This document shows, piece after piece, positions 49,236-60,770 of a stretch of 64,000 nt of DNA. The stretch's first letter is position 1, and each line of letters begins with the position of its first letter. A program made the translations under genes and the position numbers. This DNA is from Octopus sinensis (Eukaryota). Where the stretch lies: positions 11,470,001 through 11,534,000 of the forward strand of contig NC_043000.1 in the NCBI RefSeq assembly GCF_006345805.1, read 5' to 3'. Below the pieces are notes generated by a model. The model searched no databases, was not told the origin of the DNA, and worked only from the letters and a program-made list of their open reading frames with translations.

Positions 49236-49482
49236 ATATATATATACACTCACATTTTCAAAATCCATACAAAGCTTCTTTATCCCTTATAGAGACGACA
49301 CAATCAATTGATGTTCCATTAAAGAAACATGGATACGATTATAATCAATTGATGTCCAACTGTCTATTTTATGAAATGTGCCTAAGCGTAAGCGGCCTTT
49401 ATCGATGGAGGAATCAGGCCGCAAACGGAAAATGGAAACAACATTGAAGTTTTTTTTTTTTCCTGATTTCCTTCATCACCAA

Positions 49483-49560
49483 ATGATGATGAAGAAAAGA
49501 AGAAGAAGAAGAAAAGAAGAAGAAGAGAAGAAGAAGAAGAAGAAGAAGAAGATGATGATG

Positions 49561-49592
<32 letters not shown>

Positions 49593-49610
49593 GATGATGG
49601 TGATGATTTG

Positions 49611-49656
<46 letters not shown>

Positions 49657-49813
49657 GGTGATGGTGATGGTGATGATGATGATGATGATGATGGTGATGA
49701 TGAGTGATGATGATGATTATGATGATGGTGATGATGTTGATGATGATGATGATAATGATAATGATGATGTGATGATGATGATGGTGATGATGATGATGAT
49801 GTGATGATGATGA

Positions 49814-49866
<53 letters not shown>

Positions 49867-50021
49867 GGTGATGGTGATGGTGATGATGATGATGATGATG
49901 ATGGTGATGATGATGTGATGATGATGATTATGATGATGGTGATGATGTTGATGATGATGATGATATGATAATGATGATGTGATGATGATGATGGTGATGA
50001 TGATGATGATGGTGATGATGG

Positions 50022-50076
<55 letters not shown>

Positions 50077-50121
50077 GGTGATGGTGATGGTGATGATGAT
50101 GATGATGATGATGGTGATGTG

Positions 50122-50159
<38 letters not shown>

Positions 50160-50171
50160 TGATGATGATGG

Positions 50172-50203
<32 letters not shown>

Positions 50204-50365
50204 ATGATGATGGTGATGATGTTGATGATGATGATGATAATGATAATGATGATGATGATGATGATAATGATGATGATGATGATGATGGTGATGGTGATGA
50301 TGATGACGTGATGATGATGATGATCAAGACGTCGACGATTACGACGACGATGATAATGATGATAT
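49483..50365. repeat. (GAA)n then long degenerate (GAT)n array
   Basis: Directly visible. Confidence 0.95.
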
Positions 50366-50623
50366 TCTAGATAGCAGAGAAGAAAGTCACGCTTCAACTA
50401 GCTCTTGATCGATGAAGCGTACCAACATTTCTCAATTTGTTCATTCATTTGACACCAACAACAATACAGGAATCTGAAATGAATTTCTGCTCACAACAAG
50501 TACAAGGAAGGTATTTTACTGCACTTTTCGGTAATCCGAATGGAAAGGTTATTGTTAGAGAGACTCAGAATTATTTTAAAATTTGTACTTATTTAAAGTG
50601 GACATAAGAGTAAAAATTTGCCT

Positions 50624-50784
50624 TAGGAGTGGCTGTGTGGTAAGTAGCTTGCTTACCAGCCACATGGTTCTGGGTTCAGTCCCACTGCGTGGCATCTTGG
50701 GCAAGTGTCTTCTACTATGGCCTCGGGCCGACCAAAGCCTTGTGAGTGGATTTGGTAGACGGAAACTGAAAGAAGCTTGTCGTA

Positions 50785-50818
<34 letters not shown>

Positions 50819-50833
50819 CGTGTGTGTGTGTGT

Positions 50834-50865
<32 letters not shown>

Positions 50866-51073
50866 TTGTGTGTCTGTGTTTGTCTCCCCAACATTGCTTG
50901 ACAACCGATGCTGGTGTGTTTACGTCCCCGTAACTTAGCAGTTCGGCAAAAGGAGACCGATAGAATAAGTACTAGGCTTACAAAGAATAACTCCTGGGGT
51001 CTATTTGCTCGACTAAAAGCGGTGCTCCAGCATGACCGCAGTCAAATGACTGAAACAAGTAAAAGAGTAAAAG
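50624..51073 (+). mobile_element. SINE family 1 copy
   Basis: Matches 2701-3098. Confidence 0.9.
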
Positions 51074-51924
51074 TTATGTGAAAGTGATATTTTTTCGTTT
51101 TTTGCCCATTTGTCAAATACATTTGTAGTGAATCTTGCATGCATGAAGTGGATTCGATCCAGCATAGCCAAATTTAAATCATCACTGCTATAGAACTTTT
51201 CCCACGATGGAACAATGGTTTTTCTCTGACAGCAGTTTTACATTTTCCAGATGCCTTTAGCTAGGCCAAATAATATCTTCACCACTTGACCCTTTCTAAC
51301 CTCTTCTACTTCACCAAAAGCTAGAATAGAGATAACAAGACCACCAACTAAATCTATTGTTCTCAATGATATATCTATCCTTCTGGATTTTTATATAAGC
51401 AAGCACATCCCAAGCAAAAATCAGTTAGTCTCTGCGGTGACAACTCGTGAGTTGAGAGAGAGCTAACATCAGTTAGTGAACCGACCACTAGAATCATGGA
51501 AGCAGGCAGACAAAACGGCCAGAGGGAAAAAAAGACAATGTCCCATACTCTCTCACTCTCACTAGCTCTAATTCTGTTCTCTTACAACATCATTGTAATT
51601 ACTACTAAACAATGAAGAGGACACAAACACAAACTTTACTTCACATGCCCTTGGATTTATCATAACCTGCCCGTCGAGGCAAGGTATTTGTAACATAAAA
51701 GTGAATAATATTTTCTTAAAACTTCACATCCTACAGTATGCAATTATAACAACCAATTTTTATCGTCACACCAGCTGCCTCAGACATCGTCTTAATATTG
51801 TTTACCAACCAATTTCTACTGTTACAAATTGCTGACCACGATAAATCAATCTCTCCCATTACACATTCATACAACCCTTTCCTGCCATTTAATGGTTAAT
51901 ATCCTGTCTGTATCTTTACATCTG

Positions 51925-52265
51925 TGAAGGCGCATGGCTCAGTGTTTAGAGCGTCGAGCTTACGATCGTGAGGTTGTGAGCTCGAATCCCAGACTGGGCT
52001 GTGTGTTGTGTTCTTGAGCAAGACACTTTATTTCATGTTGCTCCAGTTCACTCAGCTGTAGAAATGAGTTGCGATGTCACAGGTGCCAAGCTGTATCGGC
52101 CCCTTTGCCTTTCCCTTGGATAACATCAGTGGTGTAGAGAGAGGAGGCCGGTATGCATAGGCGACTGCTAGCCTTCCATAAGCAACCTTGCCCGGACTTG
52201 TACCTCGAAGGGTAACTTTCTAGGTGCATTCCCACGGTCAGTATCATGACCGAAGTGGTTCTCCC
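51925..52265 (+). mobile_element. SINE family 4 copy
   Basis: tgtgaaggcgcatggctcagtg head. Confidence 0.85.
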
Positions 52266-52308
52266 ATCTTTACATCTAAATTATTGATCACAATTTTTGC
52301 TGATACAG

Positions 52309-52400
52309 GTACAAGCTGGCAGAAAGTGTTTGAGATGACTCAAAACTCATTTAAAAGAAGTCCAATTTATTTATACTGGGACAAACTGCCTATTAAAGAG
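52309..52400 (+). CDS. Gene B exon 3 ([30 protein letters not shown])
   Basis: gatacag|GT...GAG|gtaatg, 92 nt. Confidence 0.88.
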
Positions 52401-52664
52401 GTAATGAATTTTTGAAACTTTAAAATGATTCTCATTTAATAAATAATCTACATATTTGTCAACCCGCTATCTTTTGTCGGTATTTTCCTGTTTACCTTTT
52501 TTTCTCTCGATATTGCACAATGATGTATATCAATAATGCTTTTCGTTCTCTGCATTTTCTTCTTGCAGTTTAATCTTTTAGAGTCAAACAAAATCCATTT
52601 TTGATACCTTGTCTTACTTTCCTATATACAATATCCATAATTAGATTATCCGCTGTTCTATCTT

Positions 52665-53066
52665 TAGGCGGCGAGCTGGCAGAAACGTTAGTGCCCTGGG
52701 CGAAATGCTTAGCTGCATTTCGTCTGCTGCTATGTTCTGAGTTCAAATTCCACCGAGGTCAACTTTGCCTTTCATCCTTTCGGGGTCGATGAATTAAGTA
52801 CCAGTTACGCACTGGGATTGATGTAATCGACTTAATCCGTTTGTCTGTCCTTATTTTTCCCCTCTGTGTGTAGCCTCTTTTGGGTAGTAAAGAAATAGGT
52901 ATTTCGTCTGCCGCTACGTTCTAAGTTCAAATTCCACTGAGGTCGACTTTGCCTTTCATCCTTTCGGGGTCGATAAATAAAGTACCAGTTTTGCACTTGA
53001 TGTAATCGACTTGATCCCTTTGTTTGTCCCCGCTATGTTTGGCCCCTTGTGGGCAATAAAGAAATA
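52665..53066 (+). mobile_element. SINE family 2, tandem-body form
   Basis: Reverse complement of 27906-28315. Confidence 0.88.
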
Positions 53067-53133
53067 TATACAAGTCTGTCCTTCTTCATTCTCTTAGATT
53101 CTTTACTGCTCAGAGTCAACTTTCTATTTTCAG

Positions 53134-53285
53134 GTGAAATTTCAAGTGAGAAGACCATATAATAAGGACGACTTCATAATATTCAATGGGAAAGGGACGA
53201 ATTCTACATCGTGGTTCCAGAAAGATAAAATCATTGAAATTTCAAACAAGGAATGGGTTCCACTGAACCTTACTTTCAATGAGAA
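53134..53285 (+). CDS. Gene B exon 4 ([50 protein letters not shown])
   Basis: ttttcag|GTG...GAG AA|gtatat, 152 nt. Confidence 0.85.
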
Positions 53286-53730
53286 GTATATATATTATCT
53301 CCTTGCTCATATTGAACATCTTTAATTATATAATGATAGTTCTTTTGAAAGATCTAGAAGAGGTAGACTCAAGAAAAGAAATACTCTATCCAGTGAGAGA
53401 TAAATATCAAACAGGGTATAAAGCGCTAGGATCAGAAGATCTTGCTAGACGTACCTACAGACGTACACTACCCGAACATCTGGCCAGAAACTACAATACC
53501 CCTGACATCCACTCCTCACGTGTTTTCACCGCATAGACTTGACCAAGAAAGAAGCTGTTTAGAATCTCCGCTTCTTGACACGATGTCACTCCCCACCTCG
53601 CTTCTGGTCCTGATGCCTCCTTCATTTCTACACATAACAGTAATATTACATTGAGTGGGTGGGGGCATCTTTTTTAATAATCTTTAATTATTTAATAACA
53701 GTTCTTTAGAACACTTTCTCAGTGTGTATG

Positions 53731-53760
<30 letters not shown>

Positions 53761-53762
<2 letters not shown>

Positions 53763-56700
53763 CATCATCATCATCATCATCATCATTTAGCGTCCGTTTT
53801 CCATGCTAGCATGGGTTGGACGGTTTAACTGGGGTCTGTGAAGCCGGAAGGCTTCATCAGGCCCAGTCATATTTGGCAGTGTTTCTACGGCTGGATGCCC
53901 TTCCTAACGCCAACCACTCCGCGAGTGTAGTGGGTGTTTTTTACGTGCCACCTGCACAGGTGCCAAACAGAGCTGGTACAACGGCCACGAACGGATGGTG
54001 CTTTTACGTGTCACAGGCACGGGGCCAGGCGGTGCTGGCAACGGACACGAACGGATGGTGCTTTTACGTGCCACCGACACGGGGCCAGACAGAGCTGGCA
54101 AACGGCCACGAACGGACGGTTCTTTTACGTGTCACCGGCACGGGGGCCAGCCGAGGCTGGCAACGAACACGAACGGATGGTGCTTTTACGTGCCACCGAC
54201 ACGGGGCCAGACAGAGCTGGCAAACGGCCACGAACGGACGGTGCTTTTACGTGTCACTGGCACGGGGGCCAGCCGAGGCTGGCAACGAACACGAGCGGAT
54301 GGTGCTTTTACGTGCCACCGACACGGGGGCCAGACAGAGCTGGCAAACGGCCACGAGCGAATGGTGCTTTTACGTATCACCGACACGGGTGCCAGACGAG
54401 GCTGGCAGCGGACACGGATATATGATTTGATTTTGATTGTTCTCACTGGTCTTGCCGGGTCTTCTCACGCACAGCATACTTCCACAGGTCTCGGTCTCTG
54501 GTCATTTCCTTGGTGAGACCTAGAGTTCGAAGGTCGTGCTTCACCACCTCGACCCAGGTTTTCCTGGGTCTACCTCTTCCACAGGTCCCCTCAACTGCCA
54601 GGGTGTGGCACTTTTTCACACACCTATCTTCGTCCATTCTCGCCACATGACCATACCAGCGCAATCGTCTCTCTTGCACACAACATCTGATGCCTCTTAG
54701 GTCCAACTTTTCTCTCAAGGTACTTACACTCTGTCGATTATGAACACTGACATTACACATCCAACGGAGCATACTAGCTTCATTTCTTGCGAGCTTACGT
54801 AAATCCTCAGAGGTCACAGCCCAAGTTTCACTATCATGTAGCATGGCTGTACGTACACATGCATCATACAGTCTGCCTTTTACTTTGAGCGAGAGGCCTT
54901 TTGTCACCAGTAGGGGTAAGAGCTCTCTAAACTTTGCCCAGGCTATTCTTACTCTAGCAGTTATACTTTCAGCACACCCGCCCCCGCTACTGACTTGGTC
55001 ACCTAGGTAGCGGAAGCTATCAACTACTTCTAGTTTTTCTCCCTGAAACGTGATAGAAGTTGGTCTCTGCATATTTTCAGAGTTTATTGCTCCTGAGCAT
55101 CTGCCACAGATAAAAACTATTTTCCTAGTTAGTCTTCCTTTGACATTACTACATCTCTTATGTGTCCATAGCTTACATTTGGTGCATCTTATAGAGTTTC
55201 TACCTACGCCTTTTCTACAGATCGAGCAAGGCCATCTACCTGAAGGCGTTTGTGATTGGTCTACCTTCCTACTTATTAGGACTTTGGTTTTGGCTAGGTT
55301 GATTCTAAGGCCCTTCGATTCTAAACCTTGCTTCCACACCTGAAACTTCTCCTCCAGTTCTGATAGAGACTCAGCAATTAGAGCAAGGTCATCAGCATAG
55401 AGGAGCTCCCAGGGGCATCTAGTCTTGAATTCCTCCGTTATTGCCTGAAGGACTATGATAAATAGGAGGGGGCTGAGGACTGAACCTTGGTGGACCCCAA
55501 CCTCTACCCTGAATTCTTCACTGTATTTGGTGCCAACCCTCACCTTACTAGCAGCGTCTCTGTACATGGCTTGTACAGCTCTCACTAACCATTCATCTAT
55601 CCCTAGTTTCCTCATTGACCACCAGATAAGGGATCGGGGGACCCTGTCGAAGGCTTTCTCCATATCGACAAAAGCCAGGTATAGGGGTTTGTCTTTGGCT
55701 AGGTATTTCTCCTGCAGCTGTCTTACCAGGAAAATAGCATCAGTAGTACTTTTCCCTGGCACGAACCCAAACTGCATCTGATCTAAGCTAACTCTCTCTC
55801 TAATTTGTTGGGCTATAACCCTCTCCGTTACCTTCATTACCTGATCTAGCAGCTTGATACCCCTGTAGTTATTTGTATCTAGGGCGTCACCTTTACCTTT
55901 GTAGTAGTTAACTATTATGCTGCTACACCAGTCATTGGGAATGACTCCTTCGTGTATCATCTGGTTAACTATACGGGTGACTAGGCTATAGCCAGCACTA
56001 CCAGATATTTTGAGCATCTCTGCAGTAATTCCTGATGGGCCTGGGGCTTTCCCTGTTTTCATGCTTCTAATTGCCTTATCTACTAAGGAACTATCAACTC
56101 GGATTGCTGGTCCCTCTGTTGGGTCAACATTCGGCAGACTCTCTTTATCCCATTCATTTTCCTCATTCAGCAACCTTTCATAGTGGCGTCTCCAAACCTC
56201 TCTCTTTGCATCCTCATTTAGCGCAAGTGAGCCATCATCCTTGCGAACACATTTCTCTCCTACCATGTCACGATTCTCTCTCACACACTGTCTTGCAACA
56301 CGAAATATCTCAAGTCTTTCATCTTCACGGCGCAGGACATTGGCAAATTTTTTCTTATCTGCTTCCCCTCTGGCTAAATACAACTGCCTCCTAGCCTCCC
56401 TTCTTGCAGTCTGATACACTTCCCTGCTACCACCGTTCTTCCAGTCCTTCCAAGCCTGTTTCTTTTGTCTAATAGCCCTGTCAACAGTATTGTTCCACCA
56501 CCACGTTATTTTGGGTCTTGTGGGGACTTTGTACCAGCCACAGATCTGGTCTGTGGCTTTCAGCAGGTTGTCCCTTAGAAGCGCCCAGTTATCTTCTACC
56601 CCATGTGTAGCTATACCCCCTTCTATTTCGTCGAAGGCTTCAAGTAACATGTCTCTAAATCTCTGTCCATTTGCAGGGTCTTTAAGCTTCCAGACCCTTC

Positions 56701-57880
56701 TTCTCCATGTTGGTCGTCTTCTAGTTGTCCTCTTAGTCCTGATTCTAAAGTCACTGACTACCAGTCTATGTTGTGGGGTACACTCTTCGCCTGGGAAGGT
56801 TTTGGCATTTATAAGCAGCCATCTTTCCCTTTTTCTGGTAAGGATGTAGTCGATTTGGCTAGTATGCTGGCCCGAACGGTAGGTGACCAAGTGGCTTGTC
56901 GGTTTCCTGAAGTTAGTGTTGCAAACCATAAGACTATTCGCATCACAGAACTCCAGCAGCCTGGTTCCCTCCTCATTGCGAGAACCATAACCATAGCCTC
57001 CATGAACGCCATAGAAGCCCTCAGCATATCGTCCAACATGCCCATTGAAGTCACCACCCACAAAGAGAAGGTCCCTGTCGTTCGTCAGTGAGGTGGTCTG
57101 TAGTAGGGTGTCATAGAAACGGTCTTTCTGTCCATCGGGTAGCCCTGGCTGAGGGGCATATGCCGATATAATAGTTGCTAAACTATGATGGATCACTAAA
57201 CTAATCTTCAGTATTCTGTCACATACTCTGACTACCTCGATTACCTTACCTACCCATTTTTCGGCAATAAGCATACCTACTCCCCCGACCCCTTCAGTAT
57301 TCCCAGCCCAGAAAATCTTGTACCTCTGTCCTTTACCTGTGAGGAACCTAGCAGAACCTCCTCTCCACCTCACCTCTTGAACACAGCATATATCCACACA
57401 CCTTCGTTAAGCAATTCAACGATCTCGCCAGATCTGCCTTTCAGTGTGCCAACGTTGAGGGTGCCAATCCTGAGGGAGTGGGAGGCATTGGACCTAGTAG
57501 CATCATGAACCTGAAAAGAAAACTCGCGTTTGGCAGAATTCATAAACAGACAATTAAACCTAAGTTCAAACCGCGTACGTTACCAATATATCTTGCAATG
57601 AATGACCACTACCATTTATGGAAGGAGGAGCAAGTGGCGTAGACAACAGGGATGCGAAGTGTACATGGGAGATAGACATGTACATGGGAGACAACAAGGA
57701 TGAGAAAATTTTGGACTTCCTGTAGCAGTGGGGACAGTGTAAAACTTAAAGTGTACATCAGAGACAGCGATGAGAAAATTTTAGGCTTCCTGTAACGGTG
57801 GAGGGGGTGGGAGGGCGGGCGAACCCCCGCGAAAATCGGCCGCCTGCGAAAATCGGCTGCCTGCAAAAATCGGCCGCCAT
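53761..57880 (-). mobile_element. Near-full-length RTE-clade LINE
   Basis: 984-aa APE+RT ORF; N-terminus (LRIGTLNVGTLKGRSGE) in another frame at about 57400-57480; 3' UTR with about 60-bp tandem repeats and (ATG)n tail. 5' boundary approximate; no TSD seen. Confidence 0.92.
54443..57397 (-). CDS. RTE LINE ORF (AP endonuclease + reverse transcriptase)
   Basis: CVQEVRW, GDFNGH, SQIDYIL, QHRLV (APE); QFGF, DMEKAFD, VHQGSVLSP, YADD (RT). Confidence 0.93.
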   Translation of the reverse strand: MDICCVQEVRWRGGSARFLTGKGQRYKIFWAGNTEGVGGVGMLIAEKWVGKVIEVVRVCDRILKISLVIHHSLATIISAYAPQPGLPDGQKDRFYDTLLQTTSLTNDRDLLFVGGDFNGHVGRYAEGFYGVHGGYGYGSRNEEGTRLLEFCDANSLMVCNTNFRKPTSHLVTYRSGQHTSQIDYILTRKRERWLLINAKTFPGEECTPQHRLVVSDFRIRTKRTTRRRPTWRRRVWKLKDPANGQRFRDMLLEAFDEIEGGIATHGVEDNWALLRDNLLKATDQICGWYKVPTRPKITWWWNNTVDRAIRQKKQAWKDWKNGGSREVYQTARREARRQLYLARGEADKKKFANVLRREDERLEIFRVARQCVRENRDMVGEKCVRKDDGSLALNEDAKREVWRRHYERLLNEENEWDKESLPNVDPTEGPAIRVDSSLVDKAIRSMKTGKAPGPSGITAEMLKISGSAGYSLVTRIVNQMIHEGVIPNDWCSSIIVNYYKGKGDALDTNNYRGIKLLDQVMKVTERVIAQQIRERVSLDQMQFGFVPGKSTTDAIFLVRQLQEKYLAKDKPLYLAFVDMEKAFDRVPRSLIWWSMRKLGIDEWLVRAVQAMYRDAASKVRVGTKYSEEFRVEVGVHQGSVLSPLLFIIVLQAITEEFKTRCPWELLYADDLALIAESLSELEEKFQVWKQGLESKGLRINLAKTKVLISRKVDQSQTPSGRWPCSICRKGVGRNSIRCTKCKLWTHKRCSNVKGRLTRKIVFICGRCSGAINSENMQRPTSITFQGEKLEVVDSFRYLGDQVSSGGGCAESITARVRIAWAKFRELLPLLVTKGLSLKVKGRLYDACVRTAMLHDSETWAVTSEDLRKLARNEASMLRWMCNVSVHNRQSVSTLREKLDLRGIRCCVQERRLRWYGHVARMDEDRCVKKCHTLAVEGTCGRGRPRKTWVEVVKHDLRTLGLTKEMTRDRDLWKYAVREKTRQDQ

Positions 57881-57979
57881 TGAGACCTCTGTATGGAGAA
57901 ACTTAAATATCTATTCTATATTTAGCGAGACACGAGGCCGAACCGATGGTCAACGATAACTAATGAATTATACATGGAG

Positions 57980-58311
57980 AAATACATCTTAATCAATAAT
58001 CAACTACCAGATAATACCCAATCACATAATTATTAAACCACTACATATGAACATTAAGGTCAAACATAATAATATAGAACAAAACAATGTACATCAATGA
58101 GTAATATGATACAATAAGTACAGTATGTATAAGTGAATATAAATAAATACAAATTCACTTATACATACTGTACTTATTGTATCATATTACTCATTCATGT
58201 ACATTGTTTTGTTCTATATTATTATGTTTGACCTTAATGTTCATATGTAGTGGTTTAATAATTATGTGATTGGGTATTATCTGGTAGTTGATTATTGATT
58301 AAGATGTATTT
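57980..58311. repeat. Long near-perfect inverted repeat (about 159-bp arms, 14-nt loop)
   Basis: 57980-58138 is the reverse complement of 58153-58311, with one mismatch seen. Confidence 0.95.
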
Positions 58312-58597
58312 GTCCATTTTCTTATTTTGTATTATTAATTTGTGGTAAAACATTTTACCTTTGCCCATATAATACAGTAAATGAATTAATTGCATTGCAA
58401 TTCTTAACATTTATGTATTAACTTTGATGGGTGCTTTACTACCAGTATATTGGATATATGTTATCCCATGGAGGGTTGCACTCACAACCCCTATCTCAAT
58501 TTATAACAAAGGGTAATTAATTAACTAGTAATCAATAATTTCACCAGTAGAATTCGGCATGAAAAAGGACCATTTCACGGTAAACTTAAGTAATATT

Positions 58598-58788
58598 TTA
58601 TAATTAGGGTTCAGCAAAGATTTGCTTTACCACATACCGAAGTTTAGAAATAGCAGCCAAAGAACCTTAGCTATTTCTTCTACTTTTTGTCTGGGAGTCT
58701 CTTCTTAAAGAAGAAGAAATAGCTAAGGTTCTTTGGCTGCTATTTCTAAACTTTGGTATGTGGTAAAGCAAATCTTTGCTGAACCCTA

Positions 58789-58795
<7 letters not shown>
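58598..58795. repeat. Inverted repeat (about 83-bp arms, about 30-nt loop) next to (TA)n
   Basis: taattagggttcagc...ctatttcttc / gaagaaatag...gctgaaccctaatta. Confidence 0.92.
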
Positions 58796-58860
<65 letters not shown>

Positions 58861-59210
58861 ATATATAAGATCAGCAAAATTTAGATTCAAATGAATATGG
58901 TACTTAAGTCAGAGGCACCAGAATTTTGTATGGTATAATCCATATAAATCCATGGGGTGATTATAATCAAAATAAGCAACAAGTATATCTTCGGTAATTT
59001 GATACAATCGTTTCATGCTACTTCATTTTATTAAACATTGTAAGTATTACATCAGTTTTAAAATGTTGAGCAATCTTCAGCCATTTATAGAAGTCTTCCA
59101 TCTAATGGACAATACATATATTTATTTCCATTTCGTTTGCCAACATTATAAAAAGGGTAGCTATGCAGACAGAGAGGTTGATTTGATTGTTAAGAACATT
59201 ATAGTATTAA

Positions 59211-59415
59211 CCCTTTCGTTACTGTATTTATTTTGAGATGCTCTGTGTTTCTTTCAATTAATTTTAAATATAACAAAGAATTTAGTAAAATAACTTAGTT
59301 ATCATTAAGCTAGTGCTAGGAACATAAATTTTAGCTGAGGTTTGGTGGAAGATTTTAATTCAAAACTTATGAAAACAAGACATTTGTACTCAGAGACAGG
59401 TTGGTAACGAAAGGG
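59211..59415. mobile_element. piggyBac-type MITE
   Basis: TTAA|CCCTTTCGTTAC...GTAACGAAAGGG|TTAA. Confidence 0.85.
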
Positions 59416-59689
59416 TTAAAGTTTATCTTCTGACTATAGATTTTTCCTTTAGTTATTTAGATCTGTTAGTGGGGATGGAGGGATTTTCGGTTGGATGGAG
59501 ACAAAGAATTTTTCTATTTATAGATATAGGAAGGGGTAAAATAAATCTCAAAAGTTATTCATGTTGAAGTTTAAGTGGTAGGGGAATTATAGGCTATTAA
59601 TGTCATAGATATACCCTCCAGCCTTCATCAGGTGTCTTGGGGAAATTTCGAACCTGGGTTCTCATTCCTAAGGTATTTTTCGATGTTGC

Positions 59690-59747
<58 letters not shown>

Positions 59748-59900
59748 TAGTTTTATTTTTATAGCATGCTTTCACTTCACTACCGAGCGCAGCTCTGTGT
59801 GCCTTGGGTATGTGCTGTGTTTTGCTGTGATGCTCTGGTGGTTACTGTATTGAAAGTGTTTTGCATAGGATGTGTGCAGTGCCCAGTAGTGCAATTTTCT
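59690..59900 (-). mobile_element. R4/Dong LINE extreme 3' end with (TAA)n tail
   Basis: KIALLGTAHILCKTL* followed by (aat)n. Confidence 0.7.
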
Positions 59901-60242
59901 GTATGTGTATATCATCATCATCATCATCATCATCAATATTATTATTATTATTATTCAGGTCACTGCCTGGAATCGAACTCGGAATCTTGGGGTTAGTAGC
60001 CTGCGCTCTTAACCACTATGCTATATGCCCACGGGCATATGGCGTAGTGGTTTACCCAAATTACATGCCATTTTTATCTTCTATATCATGAATCTGGGTA
60101 TGAAACATGCACTAATATCAGAAATGAAATAATAAACTCATTGATTTAATAAAACAAAACTGATTTTTGTAAATAAAATCGTAAAAATTTTCTTCGTAAT
60201 AATTTTTATCAAATTTATCAATTGTAATATGTTGGTTTTCAG

Positions 60243-60358
60243 AGACCCGTATTTTAGCATCGAGTGGGAAGTTCAAAGTCAAGGAAAACGATTTCACGCT
60301 GCTAGAAAAGAGGGAAGCCATAAAGAGTTTGATATTTCTGTCAAAAACGAAGACGATA
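60243..60358 (+). CDS. Gene B exon 5 (DPYFSIEWEVQSQGKRFHAARKEGSHKEFDISVKNEDD)
   Basis: gttttcag|A GAC CCG TAT TTT AGC ATC...GAT A|gtaagt, 116 nt. Confidence 0.8.
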
Positions 60359-60499
60359 GTAAGTAAAATATATTCCCTTGATTTGAATTTAAATGAGTGT
60401 ATGATTGCGTGCATGTGTGTGTATATTTCGTGGAACATTGTCTGAAATATATATAAAAGCTTTAAAAATATATATATATATACGTGCAACGGCGCATCG

Positions 60500-60770
60500 C
60501 CTTACTGGCACTGTGCCGTTGGCATGTGTAAAAAATTTGAGCGAGGTCATTGCCAGTACCGCCTGACTGGCCCCGTGCCGGTGGCACGTAAAAGTACCCA
60601 CTACACTCTCGGAGTGGTTAGCATTAGGAAGGGCATCCAGCTGTAGAAACAGTGCCAGATCAAGACTGGAGCCTGGTGCAGCCATCTGGTTCGCCAGCCC
60701 ACAGTCAAACCGTCCAACCCATGCTAGCATGGAAAGCAGACGACGACGACGACGACGACGACGATGATGA
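60500..60770 (+). mobile_element. Short copy of the RTE 3' UTR
   Basis: gtgccggtggcacgtaaaag...catgctagcatggaaagcagacgacga. Confidence 0.8.

Larger units (their letters stand above)
43229..60358 (+). pseudogene. Gene B: inverted paralog of gene A; frameshifted in exon 2 (pseudogene, null allele or assembly error)
   Basis: Same five exons and phases as A. One extra T at about 46714 gives AGG TGA; removing it restores FREITAKKMLIVQ, which aligns with [13 protein letters not shown] in A. Confidence 0.75.

Noticed and set aside
49293-49447. Possible extra gene B exon (TTQSIDVPLKKHGYDYN...)
   Set aside because: Phase-compatible acceptor, but it has an in-frame TGA, no good donor and no counterpart in gene A; exons 2 and 3 already join in frame.
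53816-54516. 160-200-aa plus-strand ORFs and 60-bp repeats as a gene or CRISPR array
   Set aside because: They are antisense readings of the RTE 3' UTR tandem repeats.
59620-59645. CTGATGA AGGCTG on the minus strand as a hammerhead
   Set aside because: Truncated before GAAA and stem III.
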